A DNA stretch of 64,000 nt from Myxococcota bacterium (GCA_963674735.2 CAXXQS010000001.1:1088001-1152000), one strand, 5' to 3'; numbered from the stretch's first letter, positions 48,810 through 58,075 are shown. Numbers and translations are program-made. The notes: generated from the sequence alone by a model not told the origin.

Positions 48810-49514
48810 TTAAGGCTGGGAAGAATCCCCCATCGAATTGACCAGCATCTGAAGATAATCCAAGATAACCTGCTTCTTTTCCGGCTGAGACACGAATGCC
48901 ACTCCCACCATGGCCCGTTCCGTGCTGATTTCCGCGCGCTTGGTCGTAACGAGAAGATCTTTAACTTGTTGCCCATTCGGCAAGTTGAATGAAATTGTGA
49001 ATTCGTCTCCCAAATCGGGTGCCGAGCCCATCTGCAATAGAGCTCCCCCTTCACTTAGGTTGGTAATCCACTCCTTTTCAGGGTCTCCCCCTTCACGTTC
49101 AAAGGGGATCATCACCTGGATGCGGGGAGCGCGACGAAGACTGAACTCTTCGATTCGGTCGGGACACTTCAGGAAGGTCAAAGAGAAGGGTGGTCCAAGA
49201 ACTCGAAGAACGGATGTTTGAAAGCCATAGATGCTACCGTGCATCAGGTAGCGCACGACAAGTGTTTGGTGGTCGCCGTACCGGATGTTCTGGCCGTTGA
49301 TTTTAGGAGTGGTGACAATCAAGTATTGGCCGTCCAGATATCCGATGAGCTGGGTTTTGACTTTTACCACCTTTCCGGCAACTTTGACGTCAATGAAAAA
49401 TTCAGTTCCCACCGGAACCGAATGATCCTGAAAGGAGCTTTGAGGTAGTACCCGAGTTGAGCGACTACTAATGTCAAGCAATCTTCCTAGCTTATCGGTT
49501 TTATCGGATTGCAC
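48810..49514 (-). CDS. PilZ-domain c-di-GMP receptor (YcgR/flagellar-brake-like)
   Basis: N-terminal PilZN-like domain; RRAPR and NLSEGG motifs; GAGGGA RBS before GTG 49514. Confidence 0.82.
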   Translation of the reverse strand: MQSDKTDKLGRLLDISSRSTRVLPQSSFQDHSVPVGTEFFIDVKVAGKVVKVKTQLIGYLDGQYLIVTTPKINGQNIRYGDHQTLVVRYLMHGSIYGFQTSVLRVLGPPFSLTFLKCPDRIEEFSLRRAPRIQVMIPFEREGGDPEKEWITNLSEGGALLQMGSAPDLGDEFTISFNLPNGQQVKDLLVTTKRAEISTERAMVGVAFVSQPEKKQVILDYLQMLVNSMGDSSQP

Positions 49515-49870
49515 GGTATCCCTCGGTTTGAAAGTCCCAATCAAACATACCAATTTAGGCAAGGATGCAGCAAACACAAAGTGCTTACATGCAAGTATAC
49601 ATCAAATCGGAGAAATAGTTTAGATCTTTAGTCCTGGCTGAAAAATAATAACCAATTAACAATTGGGGATTCTTCAGGGGCTATTGGCGAGATATAGTAT
49701 CAAAAGGAGTTCTCGTTAGGCGGAGCGGCCGGGCGAGAGCGCTTTTTTATATGATGGGTGGCGGAAACAAATATCCGCAATTAGACGGTTTCGTTATCAG
49801 ATCGAGATGTGTGTCTTAACCTCTTTCATGCGGTTTTTCTGTATTTTTTGTTCGAACGGGGGGCCGACAA

Positions 49871-49906
49871 TAAAACGGGCACAAAGCCGAAAAGCTAAGT
49901 GCCCGT
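49871..49906 (-). terminator. Terminator downstream of tRNA-Pro
   Basis: ACGGGCAC...GTGCCCGT followed by a T-run on the minus strand. Confidence 0.6.
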
Positions 49907-49912
49907 AATTGC

Positions 49913-49989
49913 TGGTCGGGGCGGCCAGATTTGAACTGGCGACCCTCTGCTCCCAAAGCAGATGCGCTACCAAGCTGCGCTACGCCCCG
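49913..49989 (-). tRNA. tRNA-Pro (UGG)
   Basis: CGGGGCGTAGCGCAGCTTGGTAGCGCATCTGCTTTGGGAGCAGAGGGTCGCCAGTTCAAATCTGGCCGCCCCGACCA; cloverleaf, TGG anticodon, encoded CCA. Confidence 0.97.
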
Positions 49990-50001
49990 TATAGATGGCG
50001 A

Positions 50002-50030
50002 AGGATACTCAGGACAGGCTGTCCTGACAA
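50002..50030 (-). promoter_or_regulatory. tRNA promoter containing a perfect palindrome
   Basis: Minus strand TTGTCA-N17-TATCCT; TCAGGACAG-g-CTGTCCTGA at 50009-50027. Confidence 0.5.
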
Positions 50031-50170
50031 GTTTTTTTTCTTTTCATTTTTTCTCTGTTATCCGACATTGTGAATTGCTGTTTGAGGCGGTATACTTCTT
50101 CAAATCGTGGGCGGCGCATACCCACTTGCCCAATTGTACGTAACAGCAACAGGGGACGGACAACCGGACG

Positions 50171-51880
50171 ATGGTGGATTCCAATTCCTTACTGATTCTT
50201 GCAGTCATTCTGATTGCCGGAGCGCTCGGAGGCGAACTGGCCCGAAAGGTCCGTTTGCCGTCCGTGACCGGTCAAATCCTCGCAGGGATGATCATGGGTC
50301 CTTCCTTGCTGGGCATCTTCAGTCCCGATGTCGGCCATGATTTAAAACCTTTTACGCACTTCGCGTTGGGCTTGATTGCCATGGCGGTCGGAAACCATCT
50401 CAACCTGACTCGTCTGCGTAATGCGGGAAAACGATTGTTGTGGCTGCTGCTTTTCGAGTCCATGATCACCCCCGCGCTGGTGTTTGCGGTTGTGTGGTTG
50501 ATGCCGGGTTCCAGTTTGTCGTTGGCGTTGTTGTTGGGAGCGATGGCCGTTTCGACGGCTCCGGCAACGATTGTTGCCATTGTCAGCGAGACCCGCTCGA
50601 AGGGTATTTTTGTTAAAACATTGGTTGCAGCGGTTGCGTTGAACAACATCATGTGCATTTTGTTGTTCGAACTCGCCTATACCGCAGTCGGGGCTCAATT
50701 GGACCCCACGTTAAAGCAGGGGGTTTGGGGTATCTTAATGGCGCCGCTCAAAGAACTGGGGTTGGCGTTGCTGTTGGGCGGGAGTGTGGCGGTGGCGCTT
50801 GTGATCGCCACTCGGAAAGTGATTCGCAGCGATCGGTTGGCAACCGTTTCGATTATTGCCATCTTCCTTGTCACGGGTATTGCCGATCATTTCGGCTTAT
50901 CGATGATGCTTTCAGCTCTGTTTTTGGGTGTCGGATTGGCCAACTTGACACCTGAAAAAGAAGAACTGGGTCACGGGGTGTTTGTCAACTTGGAGTCGGC
51001 CATTTTCGCCGTCTTTTTTACCTTGGCCGGACTTGAGCTTGACTTGTCGGTCGCGCTTACGGGCGGGTTGCTTTCATTGGTCGTTGTGACGGCTCGTTTG
51101 CTTGGGAAAGTTGCGGCCGGCAACCTGGCCATGCGTTTGGCAAGTGCAACGGAGAGATTGAGAAAATATATCGGTCTCGGGTTAATCCCGCAAGCGGGTG
51201 TTGCCGTCGGTCTAATTTTTCTGGTGCTGGAAAATCCGGCGTTTGCGCCCATCCACCAGACAATTCTGGCTGTGGGTTTGACGTCGGTTCTCGCCAACGA
51301 ATTAATCGGTCCGATCCTCACCAAATTGGCTCTGACGCGTTCGGGCGATTTTGGAAAAGATCGTGCGCGACTTATCGATTTTCTGCACGAAGAGCATATC
51401 GTGACCGATTTTCATGCCAAGACGAAAGAGGAAGCGATCGAGAAGTTGACGGACTTGCTGATCCAAACTCACCACCTTCGCGTCAGCCGAAGTAGCCTTT
51501 TAAAGTCGATTCTGGATCGAGAGCGGGAAATCTCCACCTGCATTGGAAACGGGGTTGCGATTCCACATGGTATTTTAGAGAAAGGGCGTGGCGATAATAT
51601 CGTGGGGGTTATGGCTATTAGTCGAAAAGGTCTCGATATGGAAACGCCCGATGGGGCTCCGGTACATTGCATGGTGCTGCTGGCAACCCCGCCCAGTCAA
51701 CGTAATCGCCACTTGGAAGTTCTGGCCGCGTTGGCGCGTGCCATCGGGTCCGATCGAAACATACAACGTCAGCTTTTCAATTCAAAATCCCCGGCGCATG
51801 TCTGCGATATTCTGCACGCTGAAGAATCCGAAGATTTCAATTATTTCATGGATATCCCTTCGAACGAAGAGACGGCTTGA
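50171..51880 (+). CDS. Cation:proton antiporter fused to a PTS EIIA(Ntr/Fru)-like domain
   Basis: About 12 TMs with LPSVTGQILAG, TAPA, FFTLAG, PQAGVA; C-terminal REREISTCIGNGVAIPHG. Confidence 0.9.
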   Translation: MVDSNSLLILAVILIAGALGGELARKVRLPSVTGQILAGMIMGPSLLGIFSPDVGHDLKPFTHFALGLIAMAVGNHLNLTRLRNAGKRLLWLLLFESMITPALVFAVVWLMPGSSLSLALLLGAMAVSTAPATIVAIVSETRSKGIFVKTLVAAVALNNIMCILLFELAYTAVGAQLDPTLKQGVWGILMAPLKELGLALLLGGSVAVALVIATRKVIRSDRLATVSIIAIFLVTGIADHFGLSMMLSALFLGVGLANLTPEKEELGHGVFVNLESAIFAVFFTLAGLELDLSVALTGGLLSLVVVTARLLGKVAAGNLAMRLASATERLRKYIGLGLIPQAGVAVGLIFLVLENPAFAPIHQTILAVGLTSVLANELIGPILTKLALTRSGDFGKDRARLIDFLHEEHIVTDFHAKTKEEAIEKLTDLLIQTHHLRVSRSSLLKSILDREREISTCIGNGVAIPHGILEKGRGDNIVGVMAISRKGLDMETPDGAPVHCMVLLATPPSQRNRHLEVLAALARAIGSDRNIQRQLFNSKSPAHVCDILHAEESEDFNYFMDIPSNEETA

Positions 51881-51925
51881 GCATTTTGGGGCGTGCGAAG
51901 ATTTGAGAAGATCGTAATAGCAGGT

Positions 51926-52168
51926 TTAGATACGGTTACTGTATCGATGCCCGACGAGATCGGTCAATTCTTCGAAGTCATCATCGCTCAGAAGAGGGGC
52001 GAGATCGCCGATGGTCTGGACCTGGTTGCAAGACGGGCAGATAAATCGTGTCGTCAAGCACGAAAAGTGCGGGCGCAGGGTTGCGGCACGGCAAATCGGA
52101 CACGAAATAGCGGTGTCATGTTTAGCGGCCAGAGCGGGGTTGGTCGGCAAGCGAAATGTGTAACTCAT
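51926..52168 (-). CDS. Small dual-CxxC protein (80 aa)
   Basis: AGGA RBS; CPIC..FSC..CPSC followed by an acidic helix. Confidence 0.65.
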   Translation of the reverse strand: MSYTFRLPTNPALAAKHDTAISCPICRAATLRPHFSCLTTRFICPSCNQVQTIGDLAPLLSDDDFEELTDLVGHRYSNRI

Positions 52169-52497
52169 CTTTATCCTGCCACAAATATCGTGAACATCCG
52201 TTAGACAGCCGGAATCGCGCGCAACTCCGACACCTCTCGTCCAAAACAATCGGAAGTATATCCAAGAATTTAAAAGATGCAAGCCTTCCTTTTCAAAATA
52301 GCTTTGAACGCGGATATCGGCGTTGCCTTCTATTCTAAGGTCGGTCGATTCCGTGAAAACTTCAATGAGGTTGACGATTGCTCGGATTGCTTTCTTGCGC
52401 GTCTTGTGTATTGACCGGCCATGCTGGATGTGTATACTTAGCGCGATATCAGTAATGGTGACAGGGTTCTAAATGTGCCGAGTTTGAAAGAAGAACC

Positions 52498-54630
52498 ATG
52501 ATGCAACGAAAAAGTTCAATGATTTTAATGCTGCTGACCGTGTTGTTTTTGTCTGCCTCGGCTTGGGCTCACCAGGTGGACGTCATTCCGGCGACGGTCA
52601 AGGTTACCGATGTGTATGTGGCGGGATCTGTACCGTTGACTGTTTTGTCCGCCGCGCGCAATGAATGGGAAGGCTTCCAGATCGTTGTCCAGGCGGAATC
52701 CGCCGCAACGATCGATGACGTCCAGGTAGTCGTGACGGCTCATCCGAAGGATGACGCCGCGGCTGAATCGCTCTCAGGTTTCACCGCTATTCTGTACAAA
52801 GAGCACTATTTGACCATCGACGAGCCGTCGGCCGGGTCGCTTTACCTGCACGAGCGTCTGGCCGGTGATTATCCCGACCCCTTGATCCCGTTGTACGATC
52901 CCTATGCCGAGGCTGCCGTCACGGTCGGATTGCCGATCGAAATGGCGGCCGATGCCCGCGCGGTTATCTTTGTAGACTTGCATATTCCGAAAGAAATAGG
53001 GGGGCTTACGGCATCTTTCTTGGAGTATGACTTTACCGTCGATTATTCGATTGTTTTTGCGCAGGGGGAGCCGCTGCAGGGGAGTATTCCGTTGGTAGTC
53101 TGGGACTTTGAGATGCCGTCCACAAAATCGATGGGGACCGCTTTCGGCGTGTCGTGGAGTGCTTTCCCGGGTTACCATTGCGGCCCGAATGGGGATGACC
53201 AGGCCTGCATCGATCGGGTGACGCAGAACTACGCGGAGGCGCTGCATCAACATCGTATGGACCCCACGCGTTTGAAAGGACCGGTCGAATTCCAGTTTGA
53301 CAATGATGGAAACCTTCTTCCGGTCGATTGGACGGCCTATGATGCCTTTCTCGGTCCGTGGGTAACCGGTTCCAAATTTTCGGATGGCATCGGCGTCGCC
53401 CGCTTCGACGTGAATCGTTTCAAGCCCGGCAGCGGAATCGGAAGTTTCGAGACGGAAGATCAATATGCCAAAGCCGCCGCCGCTTTCGCCGAACATTTGG
53501 AGGCCATGGGTTGGTGGGACAAAGCCTATATCTACGCAACCGATGAACCGTGGTTGAATGGTGGAGAAGAAACCTACGCGCGCATCAAATCCGATATCGC
53601 GTTGCTAAGGCGCTACACCGATTTGTGGGATGACAAGGTGCTGATTACGGGGCCGTTCGTTCCCGATCTCGAAGAAGAAGTCGGAACCTGGTGCCCGGTT
53701 ACCCCCATGTACGAGAACTGGTTTTGGCTGGGCGACGAAGGCATGGCGGGCCGGGAGGAATATAGTCGTTTGATGGATAAGGGAAAGAAGCTTTGGTTTT
53801 ATGTTTGCAATGCCAACTTTCCGCCCTATGCCGGTTACGATATCGATACGTCGATCGGACATGAGCCGCGTATCGTCAAATGGGGCACTTGGTTTGAAAA
53901 AGCCACCGGCTTTCTTTACTGGCGCGTCACTTACTGGGTAGAGAACGATCCGTGGAATGTTTATCGAAATGTTCCCGGATTCGACGAAATGTTTGCTCGT
54001 CATGGCGATGGCTTGTTGCTTTATCCGGGCGATCATAACGGGACGCATGGGGGCAAAGGGTCGCCTGAAGACGTGGCGATCGACGGTCCGGTTGTCTCCT
54101 ATCGTATGAAGCAGATTCGCGACGGATTCGAAGATTGGGAACTCTTTATCATGGCGTCCGATTTGGGGGCCGAAGCTTACGTGCGCGAGCAAGTCGGCCG
54201 AGCCTATACGCAGTTCGGGAACTTCATGTTCGAGAATTGCGAGTCGGAGGGCATGTATTGCCGTGACAATCAACCCTGGACGCTCGACCCCGCCTTGATG
54301 GAAGAAATTCGCGGCAATGTCGCCGGCAAAGTTCTACATCTACTTCAACCCGATATCTATCCCGACCCCGAAACGTCACCTGATGATGAGGGAGACGGCG
54401 ATGTGGATGACGATTTGGAGGCGGATGAAGATGGCGATGCGGATGCCGCCGGTTCGGATGAAGACGGAGATGTTTCGGACGATAGCCAACCGGGAGACGA
54501 GGATACGGCTGTTTCGGAGGATGACGGAGACTCCGGTTGTCGGAGCGTTCCTCTTTCCGGTCGTGTGAGCCTTTTGGTTTTGACGCTCGGCCTGTTGTTG
54601 GCTCGTGCAAGAAAGAGGAAAGTAGTCTGA
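52498..54630 (+). CDS. Secreted DUF4091/GH123-like glycoside hydrolase-domain protein with acidic linker and C-terminal sorting tail
   Basis: Signal ..ASAWA; AARNEWEGFQ, DEP, LWFYVC, GFLYW, GDGLLLYPG, SYRMKQIRDGFEDWE; tail SGC-TM-RARKRK. Confidence 0.8.
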   Translation: MMQRKSSMILMLLTVLFLSASAWAHQVDVIPATVKVTDVYVAGSVPLTVLSAARNEWEGFQIVVQAESAATIDDVQVVVTAHPKDDAAAESLSGFTAILYKEHYLTIDEPSAGSLYLHERLAGDYPDPLIPLYDPYAEAAVTVGLPIEMAADARAVIFVDLHIPKEIGGLTASFLEYDFTVDYSIVFAQGEPLQGSIPLVVWDFEMPSTKSMGTAFGVSWSAFPGYHCGPNGDDQACIDRVTQNYAEALHQHRMDPTRLKGPVEFQFDNDGNLLPVDWTAYDAFLGPWVTGSKFSDGIGVARFDVNRFKPGSGIGSFETEDQYAKAAAAFAEHLEAMGWWDKAYIYATDEPWLNGGEETYARIKSDIALLRRYTDLWDDKVLITGPFVPDLEEEVGTWCPVTPMYENWFWLGDEGMAGREEYSRLMDKGKKLWFYVCNANFPPYAGYDIDTSIGHEPRIVKWGTWFEKATGFLYWRVTYWVENDPWNVYRNVPGFDEMFARHGDGLLLYPGDHNGTHGGKGSPEDVAIDGPVVSYRMKQIRDGFEDWELFIMASDLGAEAYVREQVGRAYTQFGNFMFENCESEGMYCRDNQPWTLDPALMEEIRGNVAGKVLHLLQPDIYPDPETSPDDEGDGDVDDDLEADEDGDADAAGSDEDGDVSDDSQPGDEDTAVSEDDGDSGCRSVPLSGRVSLLVLTLGLLLARARKRKVV

Positions 54631-54651
54631 TTCTTTCAATTGATAGCGCGG

Positions 54652-56433
54652 TTATGTACTCCGGTTTACGGGTAGTGAAATCGTGAACGTCGAGCCGACG
54701 CCCTGCTCGCTCTCGACCGTCACGCGCCCATTGTGCACTCGCGAAATGTGCTTGACGATGGACAAGCCCAAACCGGTTCCTCCCATCTTGCGACTGCGCG
54801 CCTTGTCAACTCGATAGAACCGCTCGAAAATACGCGGCAATTCCTCTTTTGGAATGCCGACGCCGGAGTCCTTCACCGCGATTTGCAGGATTTCGTCGCT
54901 ATTGATATGGCAGGTTACCAGGATCGGACCGCCGGTCTCGCTGTATTTAATCGCATTATCCACCAAGTTGATAATTGCCTGCTCGACCAACGGGGCATTG
55001 ATCGGCGCGTTCAGGTCGTCGGGGCAGGTGAGGTTGATGCTTATGTCTTTGGCGCGGGCTTTGTCGGAACAGGTTAGGATGGCGTAGCGTGCGATTTGAG
55101 CAACATTGATCGATTCGAACCGCACCGAGTCGACCGGCGCGTCGTGTTCCAGGCGAGACAGCATCAGCAGGTCGTTGATGATGGCGTTCAAGCGCTCGGC
55201 TTGTCGTGCGATAATTCCCAGAAACTCAACGGATTTCTCCGGGTTGGCCATGGCACCGTCACGCAGTGTTTCGACAAACCCGATAATCGAGGTGATGGGC
55301 GTTTTCAATTCGTGAGAAACATTGGCCACAAAATCCTGGCGAACGCGTTCGAGCATTTTCAAGCGTGTCACATCGTTGAGGACAACCAGAGCTCCGGTGT
55401 AGGTGCCTTCCGGGTCGGTAATGCGTCGACCGTGTGCCTGCAGAAAGCGCTCGCTTTTCTTTTCCAGGATGATATCGGTTTCTGAAGGTTCTTCCGACCG
55501 GATACAAGTATGTAAAAACTCCATAAGGGGTGCATGCTGGATAATTTCGGCGATCGGTTGGTTACGCAAGGCAATGGGGTCGGTTTTAAAAAGCTCTCCA
55601 AATGCATGGTTGGCCCAGATCAGAAGACCGTCTCGGTCGACCATGAAAACCGCTTCAACCATGCCGGAAAGCAGGGCTTCAAGCTCATTTCTTTGTCGGG
55701 TGATCGTGCGGATCCGCTCGTTCAATTGAGTGGCCATCTTATTCATCGTGCCAGCCAGATACTCCATCTCTTCGATCGGCGGTTTGGGAATTCGATGATC
55801 CAAATCCCCGGCGGCAAACCGTTCCGCGCCCCGGTTGATTTCGCGGATGGGGCGGCTGATGCGACGCGCCAGAGCAAGCGATAGAAGGGCGGTGACCACC
55901 AACATGGCCAGAACCGCCCAAGCCAGTCGTTTGTAGGCTTTTTCCAGGGTATGCGTGATCGCCAGCATCGATGTCGAGATACGCACAACGCCGACCAGCC
56001 GTCCATCATGCTGAATGGGAAGCGCTACATACAGCATATCCAGACCGATCGTGCGGCTGAAACGAGAAGAAGACCCGGTATCCCCTTTAATGGCGGAAAG
56101 AATTTCAGGACGCTTGGCGTGGTTGTCCATTCGCAGAGGGTCTTCGTCGCTGTCGCCGATGACAAGCCCGGAAGGCAGAATGATCGTGACACGCTTTCCG
56201 ATATCTTCGCCGATTTGTTTGGCCAGGGAGTCGATCTTTGATTCTTGGCCTTCCGAAACGCTTTTTCCGAGTAACTTGATGATTAGCTGTGCATTGTCTT
56301 CCAATTCCGCAGTGAGTTGATCGAGATAGAAGCTTTTAAGCGCGTTAGAAGCATAAATGCCGACAGCCAGAGTGGAAAGCAACGTAATCAGCAGGAAAGA
56401 GAGGTAAAGTTGCCAGAGAAGCTTTTTTGGCAT
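54652..56433 (-). CDS. phoR: Phosphate regulon sensor kinase (HAMP, PAS, HisKA)
   Basis: DNHAKRPE sensor; FVANVSHELKTP; RIFERFYRVDKARSRKMGGTGLGL. Confidence 0.88.
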   Translation of the reverse strand: MPKKLLWQLYLSFLLITLLSTLAVGIYASNALKSFYLDQLTAELEDNAQLIIKLLGKSVSEGQESKIDSLAKQIGEDIGKRVTIILPSGLVIGDSDEDPLRMDNHAKRPEILSAIKGDTGSSSRFSRTIGLDMLYVALPIQHDGRLVGVVRISTSMLAITHTLEKAYKRLAWAVLAMLVVTALLSLALARRISRPIREINRGAERFAAGDLDHRIPKPPIEEMEYLAGTMNKMATQLNERIRTITRQRNELEALLSGMVEAVFMVDRDGLLIWANHAFGELFKTDPIALRNQPIAEIIQHAPLMEFLHTCIRSEEPSETDIILEKKSERFLQAHGRRITDPEGTYTGALVVLNDVTRLKMLERVRQDFVANVSHELKTPITSIIGFVETLRDGAMANPEKSVEFLGIIARQAERLNAIINDLLMLSRLEHDAPVDSVRFESINVAQIARYAILTCSDKARAKDISINLTCPDDLNAPINAPLVEQAIINLVDNAIKYSETGGPILVTCHINSDEILQIAVKDSGVGIPKEELPRIFERFYRVDKARSRKMGGTGLGLSIVKHISRVHNGRVTVESEQGVGSTFTISLPVNRST

Positions 56434-57119
56434 CAATCTTCCTTGAATCGATATCCGACTCCACGAACGGTTTCAATATAGCTTCCCATGTCGCCGAGTT
56501 TCTTGCGCAAGCCGACGATTTGCACATCGACCGAACGGTCGGTGACGGGATAGTCGTCGCCTTTGACGGCGGAAATGATTTGGTTGCGTGTAAAGACCCA
56601 TCCGGGATGTTTGGCCAGAAACAATAGAATAGAAAACTCCGTAGCGCTCAGGTCTATGGGGGTTTCGTCAATTTTCACTTCGTGGCGCGCCGGGTGGATC
56701 GTTAGATCGAGATGCTTGATGAGTTCGGGATCGTTTGCTTCGGATCGTTTACTGCGGCGTAAAACAGCGCGGATACGTGCGATGAGCACGCGGGGGTGCA
56801 TGGGTTTGGTGATGTAATCGTCGGCTCCAAGCTCCAGCCCGCACACGACATCTACATCTTCGCCTTTGGCCGTAAGCATGATAATTGGGATGTTTTCGGT
56901 CGTCTTATCGCCTTTAAGGCGCTTGCACACCTCAAAACCATCCAAGCCGGGCAGCATCAGGTCAAGTAGAACCAAATCGGGAACTTCCGCGAAGGCTTTT
57001 TCCAGGCCTTCTTCACCGGTGGCAGCGGAGAGAGTGGTCAGTCCCTCTTTTTCGAGGTTGTAACGGACCAGTTCGAGAATGTCTTCTTCGTCTTCAACTA
57101 CCAAGATTCGCTGGTTCAT
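56433..57119 (-). CDS. phoB: OmpR/PhoB-family response regulator
   Basis: LLDLMLP, GADDYITKP, RSVDVQI, ETVRGVGY; stop overlaps the phoR start. Confidence 0.88.
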   Translation of the reverse strand: MNQRILVVEDEEDILELVRYNLEKEGLTTLSAATGEEGLEKAFAEVPDLVLLDLMLPGLDGFEVCKRLKGDKTTENIPIIMLTAKGEDVDVVCGLELGADDYITKPMHPRVLIARIRAVLRRSKRSEANDPELIKHLDLTIHPARHEVKIDETPIDLSATEFSILLFLAKHPGWVFTRNQIISAVKGDDYPVTDRSVDVQIVGLRKKLGDMGSYIETVRGVGYRFKED

Positions 57120-57162
57120 GTCGTCTCCTATTTCGTGAACTCCACCGACTTGTGTTTACTTA

Positions 57163-57225
57163 GCATAATTTGTAAACAGGAGTGTTAAGGCTTCGTTAGA
57201 ATTTCCATTTTCTTAGGTTATGACA
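57163..57225 (-). promoter_or_regulatory. Putative Pho-box-like direct repeats upstream of phoB
   Basis: Minus strand TGTCAT..CTAACG-N5-TTAACA-N6-TTTACA-N3-TATGCT. Confidence 0.4.
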
Positions 57226-57454
57226 AGTTCGAACCCCCGCCGAAATAACGCAATTGAACCGGATGATTCTGCCATGATCCGTCAGGTGGGAGGTTGTTGT
57301 CAAGTTTGGAGATGTATTCGTAAGCTTTCACCCCGCATAAAGTTTTTCAGTTGACCTGAAGCACTTGACAATTATTCCTCGTTCCGCTAGTTTCCAATCC
57401 GACCCAGATCATAGGGTATGGGGTTCCATTTATTTTTCTGTCAAGGAGACGATT

Positions 57455-58075
57455 ATGAGCCAGGCCGCTTTGCCTTCCCATTTCGAGACCAATCCAGAGC
57501 ACAAAGCGCGCCTGTTGGCGATTCTAAAAGAAAAATCATACGTTGAAGGCGAGGTGGTTCTTGCTTCCGGTAAAAAAAGCGATTTTTACGTCGATTGTCG
57601 CCAAACTTCGCTGGACGCGGAAGGGGCTTACCTGATCGGCCAGATCTTCCACCGCTGGTTGGAGCAGCTTCCCGAACACCCGGTAGCCGTTGGGGGAATG
57701 ACCATGGGGGCCGACCCGCTGGTTACGGCGACATCGGTGACAAGCTTTTTGGAATCGAATCCCGTCAACGCGTTTTTATTGCGTAAAGAGCCTAAAGGGC
57801 ATGGCATGCAAAGCCAGATAGAGGGCACGAAAAGCGTTGAGGCCGGTGACCAGGTTGTCTTGTTGGAGGACGTTGTGACAACCGGGGGATCGACGCTCAA
57901 AGCGCTGGATGTGTGCGGGGCAGCCAATCTCGATGTGGTGGCGGTATTTTGTCTGGTTGATCGCCAGGAAGGCGGACGCGCTGCGGTGGAACAACATGGA
58001 GCTCCCTGTTTTCGATCTTCACGCGGAAGGATGTCAAGGGCGAGTAACCTGAACCACTGGATGAGCTTGCAATGA
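57455..58075 (+). CDS. pyrE: Orotate phosphoribosyltransferase, with apparent frameshift near the C-terminus
   Basis: LASGKKSDFYVD, RKEPKGHG, LEDVVTTGGS, LVDRQEGG; the natural ending LFSIFTRKDVKGE* lies in another frame (stop 58047). Confidence 0.9.
   Translation: MSQAALPSHFETNPEHKARLLAILKEKSYVEGEVVLASGKKSDFYVDCRQTSLDAEGAYLIGQIFHRWLEQLPEHPVAVGGMTMGADPLVTATSVTSFLESNPVNAFLLRKEPKGHGMQSQIEGTKSVEAGDQVVLLEDVVTTGGSTLKALDVCGAANLDVVAVFCLVDRQEGGRAAVEQHGAPCFRSSRGRMSRASNLNHWMSLQ

Noticed and set aside
47068-49989. Genomic island integrated at tRNA-Pro (AT-richer DNA downstream)
   Set aside because: No integrase and no duplicated tRNA 3' end seen; the genes look native.
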